Of a stretch of 64,000 nt of DNA, positions 53,467 through 64,000 are shown one piece after another. The DNA comes from Trichoplax adhaerens (Eukaryota; Animalia; Placozoa), in the NCBI RefSeq assembly GCF_000150275.1, contig NW_002060955.1:1470287-1534286 (forward strand), read 5' to 3'. A program made the position numbers and the translations under genes. Each line of letters begins with the position of its first letter. Positions within the stretch are counted from its first letter, which is position 1. Under the pieces are notes generated by a model. The model saw only the letters and a program-made list of their open reading frames with translations. It did not search any database and was not told the DNA's origin.

Positions 53467-54352
53467 TCGACGGAAGAAAGCTCGTCGTATTTGTACGAAA
53501 ATTGCAATGAATTTTCTTTCTGGTAACTCGATTTCATTATTGATCGCTAAGATGACACTATTTTAACTTATGATTGCTATAAATATGGAGTAAGAAGCCT
53601 CATAGTGCTCATTAATTGTTCTGATTACAGTGGTGCTGCCTTAATGCAGTAGCTGCTATCCATTAGCTTTTTCATAGGGCAACTTCAGCGTGAAACACTT
53701 TATGTAACGGCAAATGAAATATCAACCTTCACATCTATACACCTGACTTACAAATTTGAAATCTGAAAAGGAAATTTCTAGCAAATAATTGCAGGAGCCT
53801 ATTGTAAATCGTAATCCACTGTTATATCATAGAAAGGGCATCATAGCATCAGTTCATTATTTTTTGTTGTTGCCAGACGTATATAAGGTAATTATTTTCA
53901 GGAAGTTATTATAGAATCTCTATCGCAATTACTTCAAAAGTATTTGCTCCTGTGTAATATTAGTTTGTAGACTCATTCTGGAGATTTTTCTAGAGCATCA
54001 AAACGAATGCACAAGATATTTCAAATTTCTTTTTCTGATAGATATTTACCATTTGATAACTTAAATAATGCCAGTAGTTTTAGTTTATTCTTATTTCAGT
54101 AATATCAATTAGAGCAATTAATATTTTATAACGAAAGAGAATTGAAATATGAACATTTGCTTATAAAGTGCCTTCTTTTTACTAGCAATATCAATTGATA
54201 TCAGTTATTAGTCACATTATTCTGTGTTGTCATGAGTTGTTATGACCACAAAGATAATTTAAGGAATAGTCCAAAATCATGGCAATCGATCCATTTAAAC
54301 ATAATTAATCTTCTATTAATATCTAATACTGCATGGTTTCACATATCTTCAC

Positions 54353-54975
54353 TGTTACGTGGGCTGCTTCACTACGTTTACTTATATTTTAATATCGATT
54401 TTAAAGATGTGGATATTTAGTTAACTTCTAATTTGGATATACTGTGTTTTAATATAGCACTGACATTTTATGACAGTGACACTTATACACATACTGAAAT
54501 TAATGGTTATAATAGGGAATGCAAATCATCTACTTACAGTTCCAATCATTGTGATTGTAATTTACTTATGGTAGACTGTAAATTATCATGGAAATGTTCC
54601 GTGATAGGACATATCGTAATCTGGCTATTCTGTATTAGTCATTACATGTCTATATTCGTAAATACTGTTGTCTGCATTAAGGGAGCAGTAGCTAAACTTA
54701 ATATCTAATTCAGTAAATAATTCCGAGGTTAATTGTATTAACTATGACTCATGAACTATTGAGGAAGAGTATATAAATGCAGTATATCGTGAAATAAAGA
54801 GAATTGTCCAACTTAGTGTTTAACGTAAAATACGAGGCGTTTAAGTCTTCGTGTAGTCTGCTAGTAGAGCAAAAGTGTTTATGATAGTGCAGATATCGTT
54901 CCTTGATACGTGGTTCAAGGAATTGACTTATTGATCGTAGATTACGTTATCTTGTTGCAAAGCTGTTTTGTGACA
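54353..54975 (+). mobile_element. LTR family A, copy 3, with variant 5' end and no TSD
   Basis: ~54414-54975 aligns to family A through TGTGACA; the first ~60 bp from TGTTACG differ; flanks TTCAC / CTGAC. Confidence 0.85.
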
Positions 54976-56259
54976 CTGACATAAATTAATACGGGAAAAT
55001 TATATCGGACATAAATCTGATCGGTTCCGGAATCCCAATCCGAAAAATCCGGATTTTATAAAGATCACAGTAATCGTTTATTAAAAAAATTTTATACGAC
55101 TATTACGACTACTTTTCTGACATTAGTATCGCTTAGTATTGACAGTTGATGTTTTAGCGTCAGGTTGTACGGTAACTGTACGATTATAGACTACATTACA
55201 GTACTTTACTGTCATGTTATAAATCCCCTTTCTCTAAGGATAGGGTTTTGTTACTAAGTCAAATTCATTTATAATTTGAATAGACGATCAAACGCCCTTT
55301 CTTTAGATTAGGTAATTGCTCTAGGGCTACTTCTATAGTAATCTATATAATATCTTGTAAAATAATGAAGAAGAAAAGATGGCGACATGATGATTTGGCA
55401 GGGTAAACCTTAAAGACACTATCACTTTCTAGGTATTTTGCATAGTAAAATAATACTAGTTACATACTGAAAGCTATAAAGGACTCTACTTTTAGTCCTT
55501 TACTATAAATTAAATTGCTACATGTGGCTTCAGAGTCGTGAGATAGAGAAGACCTTCTCTATCTGTCGTGCAATAGCTTTTATTTTACCTAACCTATATC
55601 CAACAATGGTCGATCACATGATTACTGTAATTACATTGTTCAGTACATGTATAAGATTACGAACAATTTCTGTATTAATTTAGCTATTCAATATAAATTA
55701 AATTTCACGAACTGTTACGACTCATACATGATAGCAGCTGCCCGAATGGTATTTTAACTCAGCAAATAGTTAAATAATAGAAGAGTTCTTTAGTTGTTTA
55801 ACGTAGAAGCAAAGGCGTCTATATTCTTGTGAAATAGTAAAAGGATACTGAATCCTGGAGACTAAAGCAATTTAGAGATTTGTTTTACATTATCTTTGTA
55901 ACGAAGCTGGTTTGTGACATAAAATAACTAACATATTATGACTTGCAATGAGCAAAAATTCTTTTAAACAATGAGAATAAACCGATAGTTATAAGTACGT
56001 GTAAATTGCTGGTGATGCAGTTAAATTCATTTGTAACAGTTTAATGTAGTCAATGGTCATATTACAAACTCTAGTAATAAAATGACTAGCTTAATGTTCT
56101 TTTGCTTCAATAGCAGAGATACTACAGTGTGATAAAATCCGACCAACGAAAATTCCAAAGTTCTAAAAAATTAGAAGTTTTATTAGATCTAATACAAAGA
56201 CTAGCTACATACGGCTCTACTCTAGACGAATACAACTATCGAAAGACTTCTAGAAAGAA
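54976..56259 (+). repeat. Direct duplication, copy 1 (partner 58752-60003)
   Basis: Colinear and highly similar over ~1.25 kb; this copy carries a 30-bp insertion at 55541-55570 and ends at the assembly gap. Confidence 0.95.
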
Positions 56260-56309
56260 NNNNNNNNNNNNNNNNNNNNNNNNNNNNNNNNNNNNNNNNN
56301 NNNNNNNNN
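56260..56309. other. Assembly gap (50 N)
   Basis: Run of N. Confidence 1.
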
Positions 56310-56843
56310 CTAATGCAACAGATTTTGGTCTATTATTCTAACTCTACTTACTCTTAATTAATATATTGGTAACAAAATTTAATTCATTCATAACACGGCA
56401 TATCAGTATTTTATAATAGTGCTCCAATAATTGCATGTAGTTATATTTCGTATTGAGAAATTGACAAATACTAGATAAAATTTCCTTTCATATTTTTCAA
56501 GAAGGATAGTTTCTACAAATATTTTAAAATTATCTATTCATGAGCTAATTTAAAATTTTTAACTTTATTCCCTGTAAAGAAGTAGCTTAGTATTACTAGA
56601 CTTGGAGATATGTTCGCTAGCCTTCCATCTTGCAAATGAAAGATCGCATGCGGGTTATGCAATTTGTAGTTGTTTATGCAATAGAGTTAATATGGTCTCA
56701 TATTTACTCCTTTGTTAAATTTAGTGTTGTTTATGAAGCGAGACTTTAATTGTGATAAATAAGTACTCATATTAAGGTAAGATAAACAAGTTGACTTCGA
56801 ATACTATAGTAAAGCGTATAGGTTTCACTGCTATATAGAAACC

Positions 56844-57351
56844 TGTCACGGTAGTGAATCTACCGTGATGAATGATAACTTACTTAATTTAGACATGTAT
56901 ATGTATCACGTTAAGATAGTTATTAATTTGGATATGTGCATGAATTATTTGATGACTTAATATAGCCGATACAAACCTGTTCCTAATACAGGTTAAATTA
57001 TACTAAATATGGTATATGAATTGTCAATGGCAAATTCAATATAAATCCTGTTTATTATAAGCTAGGGCAAACATAAAGTTAATCTATAGTAATATTACAA
57101 ATTCACTGGATTAAACTAGGAATAATTTAATGCATTCTCGAAGTCTTATTGGTCGAAATATATCACACATCGTAAACCGGTTTTATGGCTAGAATAGCTA
57201 TTTAAATGATTAATTTTGAATATTAAATTAGACTTGCATTTTCGAGAATAAAGATATAGTTAGAAGATTCTGAAAGTGCATTTCTCAGTCATTGTTACTT
57301 ATCTAGGGTAATCTAAATTAGTTTAGATTAGGCAAGTTTAGTTAAGTAACA
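56844..57351 (+). mobile_element. Solo LTR (508 bp)
   Basis: TGTCACG...AGTAACA termini; TSD AAACC (56839-56843 / 57352-57356); TATTTAAA ~57199; AATAAA ~57247; 9-bp stem hairpin at the 5' end. Confidence 0.82.
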
Positions 57352-58710
57352 AAACCATATTCTAGAATTATGATCCGTTACGATTGTTGTTGTTTACGAT
57401 CCTCGCGATGTAAACAAGTAGAGTATAAAAGATAATTCTCTAGTTTCTAAAGCTATCCTGAATCCGGAGATCTATAGCATTGTATACTATCTCTTTCTCA
57501 GTATAGACTCTAAGAAACGATATTTCTAAAATCCTCTACCGAAACCGAATAACTTCGTTTACAATTCCCTTAAGGATCTATAGAATCTGTTTAATATTAA
57601 TAGTAAATACTAGAGCGGAAAAAATGATGTAATGTCGAATGGAACTTGATATCTTCAATTACTGCCTTCGTAATTTTATTGTTTATCTTGAAAACAAAGT
57701 ATGTTAACATTTCATTAGTATGAGCCTAGCGTTGAACTAAATAAAGATTTGAATTACCAATCAGAATTATCACATATATTAACTCACAATTCCTTATGTT
57801 GCTATACACTGACGAATGATTTAAGGCTTCTTTGATGGTAGAAGTATTTTTGATGAATCAATTCGTAATGAAATGAAAAGTGTAGAGATCAAGCTGTAAA
57901 ACTTTAATAAACTTTGATTCTACTTTCGTTGCACTCCGGTCGACTTAACGAAACTTTGACACTAAATAAAATTTGGGGAAATAATCGAACAACAATTTAT
58001 TACAAAACAAAATGGAGAGAAGTATAAACCGAACAAACTTACAAATACTTAACTTTAAGTATTAATAAAATAAGTGACAGATTTAAAAACTGTTAATAAC
58101 CAAACAACCTTTCAAAAACAAGAACGTTTTAACTTACGACAATTCGACTCCGAAGGCCTATTAAATTCAACAAGTTCTTCAAAACAATCTTATTCTACTC
58201 ACTCTCTAAATTTTCTAATTGCACTATCACTTATAGGCTTCATAGAGCCGTCAGAGGTATTTAAAACTAAACATTTACCAATCAACCGCTCTTAAGATCC
58301 ATTTTACAAAACTACTTTGCACCATATAAGAAAAAAAAATCATTCAAATTTCAGACACAATTTACCCTATGATTCCCATACAAAACACTATAAAACCAAC
58401 AAGATAACTATAAAATACATCCAATATTACTTCTAACATAATTCCTATCACTAATACATTATAAAAGTCTAAAAAATAACCTTTAAACATCAGGATTTAG
58501 TCATAAAAATAACAGTCTAACTACTTAACAATCAACAGAACCTCTACCAATTTCCATCTTATTTTCTATTTTCCTAACTAAACTTTCCTAATGTGACTTT
58601 CATGTCACGTCATAAAATTCCAAAGTTTCAAATTCATAACAAAAAGTTCAAATTTCAAAAATCAATTCTTACGATATTTTCCATAAACTAAAATCCAAAA
58701 ATTAAAACAG

Positions 58711-58791
58711 GAAAATTATATCGGACATAAATTAATACAGAAAAATTATATCTGACATAAATTAATACGGGTAAACTATATTGGACATAAA
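58711..58791 (+). repeat. Tandem repeat, 30-bp unit, ~2.7 copies
   Basis: gaaaattatatcggacataaattaatacag / aaaaattatatctgacataaattaatacgg / gtaaactatattggacataaa. Confidence 0.9.
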
Positions 58792-60003
58792 TCCGATCGG
58801 TTCCGGAATCCCAATCCGAAAAATCCGGATTTTATAAAGATCACAGTAATCGCTTATCAAAAATTTTATATGACTATTACGACTACTTTTCTGACATTAG
58901 TATCGCTTAGTATTGACAGTTGATGTTTTAGCGTCAGGTTGTACGGTAACTGTACGATTATAGACTACATTACAGTACTTTACTGTCATGTTATAAATCC
59001 CCTTTCTATAAGGATAGGGTTTTGTTACTAAGTCAAATTCATTTATAATTTGAATAGACGATGAAACGCCCTTTCTTTAGATTAGGTAATTGCTCTAGGG
59101 CTACTTCTATAGTAATCTATATAATATCTTGTAAAATAATTAAGAAGAAAAGATGGCGACATGATGATTTGGCAGGGTAAACCTTAAAGACACTATCACT
59201 TTCTAGGTATTTTGTATAGTAAAATAATACTAGTTACATACTGAAAGCTATAAAGGACTCTACTTTTAGTCCTTTACTATAAATTAAATTGCTACATGTG
59301 GCTTCAGAGTCGTGCAATAGCTTTTATTTTACCTAACCTATATCCAACAATGGTCGATCACATGATTACTGTAATTAAATTATTCAGTACATGTATAAGA
59401 TTACGAACAACTTCTGTATTAATTTAGCTTATTAATATAAACTAAATTTCACGAACTGTTACGATTCATACATGATAGCAGCTGCCCGAATGGTATTTTA
59501 ACTCAGCAAATAGTTAAATAATAGAAGAGTTCTTTAGTTGTTTAACGTAGAAGCAAAGGCGTCTATATTCTTGTGAAATAATTAAAGGATACTGAATCCC
59601 GGAGACTAAAGCAATTTAGAGATTTGCTTTACGTTATCTTTGTAACGAAGCTGGTTTGTGACATAAAATAACTAAAATATTATGACTTGCAATGAGCAAA
59701 AATTCTTTTAAACAATGAGAATAAACCGATAGTTATAAGTACGTGTAAATTGCAGGTGATACAGTTAAATTCATTTGTAACAGTTTAATGTGGGCAATGG
59801 TCATATTACAAACACTAGTAATGAAATGACTAGCTTAATGTTCTTTTGCTTCAATAGCAGAGATACTACAGTGTGATAAAATCTGACCAACGAAAATTCC
59901 AAAGTTCTAAAAAATTAGAAGTTTTATTAGATCTAATATAAAGACTAGCTACATACGGCTCTACTCTAGACGAATACAACTATCGAAAGACTTCTAGAAA
60001 GAA
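58752..60003 (+). repeat. Direct duplication, copy 2 (partner 54976-56259)
   Basis: Colinear with copy 1; contains the empty GTCGTG site at 59309-59314. Confidence 0.95.
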
Positions 60004-60479
60004 CAATCAGAGAATCTAATGTCTCCTGCTTTAATACTCTCCGTAGCCTTTGCAGCTACAATCAGTATAGCAGCATTCTATCATATTTTATACATGTTCA
60101 GCTTATTATTAGTCGCAATATTTTACAGCGAACCATCATTAATCCAATATAGAAATGATTACAGTATTTTCATAGACATTATATTCCTACGACTCAAAGT
60201 ACTATGAACCAAGCATATCCTAATATATAATTTACAATTCTATTCCTACTTCTAACCTTATTAGTAGCTTAGTAACACCTTACTGTATATAGTCATCCGT
60301 ACTCTAGCATAGAATCCATCCCTACAGTCTATAATTTTGGGCTACTAAATATATAATAAGACAAATATAGAAAAGATACTACCGTACATCATACTAAACA
60401 TGGCTAATAGTCTTCAATCACAATACTATGTTACTTTGCATACAGTTACCTTACATGTACACTTTTACTTATAGTTACA
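59872..60479 (-). mobile_element. Solo LTR, family-B-related
   Basis: Starts TGTGATA after TACAG (59867-59871); ends ...GTTACA followed by TACAG (60480-60484); an alternative end at 60440 is also followed by TACAG; similar to 31399-31949. Confidence 0.82.
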
Positions 60480-61492
60480 TACAGCTTTTCAATTTCATAC
60501 GCAGTTAAATAATGTAAAACTAACAAAGTGCGCTACGTGATATTCTACAAAATACCAATTAATATGTAATAATTTAATTACCTGAGGTCTTTTTAGCGTT
60601 ATTATCAGTACATCAGCATGACCAACCAAATACAGTAATAAGGCAATTAAGCTATACTTATGCGAAAAAAATGGAGATTAAATACTAAATTTATTTAAAA
60701 TGCTGCAATTACAGCTAAAGTTACTGTCAGCTTGCTTTTAAGGTTTAAACAAAAGATTTTATGCAAGCTTAGCAATAACGCACATTTAATATGCGTATCA
60801 TTCGCTACTGCCATATTAATTATTTAAGATCAGATACATCTATTTCTGAATAATGAATTTACTTGTATAAAAAAAATTCAACTGCTGCTTTTAGGTTACA
60901 TAAAAGACCATATCAATCTTTAATTGATTAATCATTTACTGTCAAATTCCTTCGTAATATGGAGGTACTTTTTTTATCTCGATTATTTTAAAAATGATTT
61001 GTTACTATAAGCAATCCCAGAATAAACTTAAATCTCAAGGAGGTGAGATTGAGGAAATGTCTTTTTTTATCCCAAATCGGAGGTGCAATACAGAATTATA
61101 GTGATGTTGAACTTTAAAAATAGTACATTTCCTGTTTTCAGATCTGCTTAAAGCTAATTTCAAAATCCCGCAATAAAGTACTTAAATCATTTGTAAAAAT
61201 GCAGCACTTGTTTTGTATATACATGTATTATCGCTGCTAGTCATTTTATTCAATATCCAATATTACTGCGATCAAATTTCATGCTGACGTTAAATGAAAG
61301 ATATCGTTTCTCGAATATAATTAACGAGTTTCGTAACATCATTTATCTTCTTATGTTAAATAGGCTTTGAAGTTATAATAATGAAGTAGAGGTGTCGCAG
61401 TTTTCATCTCATCACTATTTAAGTAACACTGCGAACGATACAATTCTACTAGAATAAGTATACTTCTTTCGTAATGTAATTAATTAATGCTG

Positions 61493-62125
61493 TGTTACAG
61501 TGTTAAATACTGTATTACAGTAGAAATAACTATGTTAGGATAATTCTGTTAGACTATCCTTATTTAGTTAACTTATAATTTGGATATACTGTATTTTAAT
61601 ATAGCACTGACTTTTTATGACAGTGACACTTATACACATACTGAAATTATAATAGTTATAATAGGGAATGCAAATCATCTGCTTACAGTTCGAATCATTG
61701 TGATTGTAATTTACTTATGATAGACTGTAAATTATCATGGAAATGTTCCGTGATAGGACATATCGTAATCTGACTATTCTGTATTAGTTATTACATGTCT
61801 ATGTTCGTAAATACTGTTGTCTGCATTAAGAGAGCAGTAGCTAAAATTAATATCTAATTCAGTAAATGATTCTAATGTTAATTGTATTAACTATGACTCA
61901 TGAACTATTGAGGAATAGTATATAAATGCAGTATATCGTGAAATAAAGAAGAATTGTCCAACTTAGTGTTTAACGTAAAATACGAGGCGTTTAAGTCTTT
62001 GTGTAGTCTGCTAGTAGAGCAAAAGTGCTCGTGATAGTGCAGATATCGTTCCTTGATACGTAGTTCAAGGAATTGACTTATTGATCGTAGATTACGTTAT
62101 CTTGTTGCAAAGCTGTTTTGTGACA
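61493..62125 (+). mobile_element. Solo LTR family A, copy 4 (633 bp)
   Basis: TGTTACA...TGTGACA termini; TSD TGCTG (61488-61492 / 62126-62130); TATATAAA 61919; AATAAA 61942; almost identical to the reverse complement of 1960-2592. Confidence 0.95.
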
Positions 62126-64000
62126 TGCTGGTAAACAATTAATTAATTAATAACAAAATCAATATAGCTTCACGGACATCACTCCGTGACAAGGGGATAA
62201 TTTCTAGTTATTTTATTAGATAATATGCATCAATGTCGACAGACAAAGCAAGTTCTAAAATAATGTACAGTCATTGTAGTTCTTGGTTTCACAACCCCTC
62301 AGGTTAGCAATCGTCTAACTCAAAATCTGAGTTATTAAAATTAAGCAAATCTCAAACGTGACGTAAGATTAGGCAAACAACGTATTTAATCTTAAAATGT
62401 ATCCGTTTATTAATAGAAGGCTTGACAAAAGAAGAATTCATTTTTATTCCCTCTTAAAAACAGTCCTAAGTAGCCAAGATAAACCGGACAATCGACTTCG
62501 TTTCCACGATAACAATTTCCTATTATCTAATAGTTATATTAAGGCATTACACAAAAACATCACCTAATATAGCCGACTATTGTAATCTTATGCACACATA
62601 GCAAGAATAGTGTAAGTACACCGATTCATCATCATCAATCATGAAATTACCTTACAAGTATAATAGACTATTCTACATCTTAATGCTACCGTACTTCAAT
62701 TACTGCTATAATTGACTGAAACTACTAGTGTTCATTAGTATGTTTAAGTAATCATATTTTCTTGCGTACGAGCAACCGTGAATCAATTTTTATTTTAATA
62801 GTAGAGCAGAACTCTTTATTTGCAGAACATCTTCATTAAATAGAATACTTAACATTATATAATAAATTGCTATCACGTTAATGATAAATATCTTACTTCC
62901 AATTGCTACTGTTATCGAACTGTAATCAAAGTAAAACCTGGCAGGCAATTTGAAATTTTGGGTTAATAAACTTAAATAACTGTAATCAAGATCATTGCAT
63001 AGAATAATGCTATTTGATTTCTGGCATGAAAGACGCTTTAATGAAATTGATTGGAGAAAATAATTATAAGTATATAAGCAATAGATATTACTAGTAAAAT
63101 TATAGAGACAGTTCAATATACTAGAATTCTCTGCGGCTGCGTCAATAAGGCAAATATTTAGTTTCTAGATATGTTTTAGGTATCAAATTAAGAAGGGCGT
63201 ATGATAAAGATGAGATGTAGATTTATATTTCAAAAATATTACAGATGAAAGCTCCGTATGATATGGATTGTCTATTTCCGAACGTCTAATTTAAAGTAAC
63301 AACCTCTTTAAAAGGTAAAAATGAATAATTTCTTAAAATGTAAAAATAATCTTTCAATTCGCGAGGCATGATTTAATTACTGTATTAAAATCCTGCTGTA
63401 TAGTGTCAGCATACCAAAGTTATTTATTGATAGTATTTAGCGAAATTCCTCAATCTACAAATTATTTATTCGCAAGGCGACGCCAATTCATTACTTATTA
63501 AATAAAAACATAAAAAGATTCCACTTTTGTATAGCCTACGCGATATTGTTAATTACATATTGTTAGGGTAAGTTACATGCATAAAAATGATGATAAATAT
63601 TATTTTTTTTACGGCCACATTAGCAGTGCAATGAGATGCATTTAATGAATTTACTACTCCTTCAATTGAATTTGAGTATAAGGGTTTCCCTTGTATAAAT
63701 ATAGCTAGATGATAATAACGGAGATAGGTTCAAATCAGCAGTAAGCAACTGAATAGTTTCCTGTGTTTTAAAATTGAAGAGTATCTAAGTTAATAATTGG
63801 ATCGGATCAGAGGGTACTAAATATTTGCTACATATTTTTGCTGACGGAGAAATTACAATTATTCTTTTCCGAACATGTTAGAATGATTTCTCTAAGCTTT
63901 TTCATTTCATCTACTGTAGAGATTTATTCATACTGTGGCGTTTTATATACGAGCATGAAAACTCAACTAACGTCGGGTACGTCATTAAATAAATATTATA

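Noticed and set aside
58711-58791. 30-bp repeats as a CRISPR-like array
   Set aside because: Head-to-tail units without spacers in a eukaryotic context.
62790-63116. 108-aa minus-strand ORF
   Set aside because: TTG start, AT-driven composition, no recognisable domain.

Overview
AT-rich eukaryotic (animal) genomic DNA, not prokaryotic. Short introns and lineage-specific single-exon GPCRs suggest a placozoan-like early-branching animal (inference). Host content: (i) seven same-strand, single-coding-exon class A GPCR paralogs in graded decay (two intact, one lacking its ATG, two frameshifted, two heavily degraded); (ii) a complete 19-exon EPHX2/soluble epoxide hydrolase gene (9140-14993, 578 aa, two GC-AG introns) missed by the ORF track, with intact hydrolase catalytic residues but all four HAD phosphatase motifs degenerate; (iii) a terminal death-domain exon on the minus strand. 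Intergenic DNA is dense in TG...CA solo LTRs from several families (nine with perfect target-site duplications), with two 5' LTRs retaining tRNA-Ser/tRNA-Leu primer binding sites, a gag remnant, MITEs and a 1.25-kb direct duplication beside a 50-N gap. No pol or transposase ORF was seen. Most unusual signals: a RIP-like CpA/CpG C-to-T bias among repeat copies, and a 24-bp AG...CT hairpin insertion with a 6-bp TSD resembling a collapsed Polinton/Maverick footprint. All alignments and tallies were done by eye.
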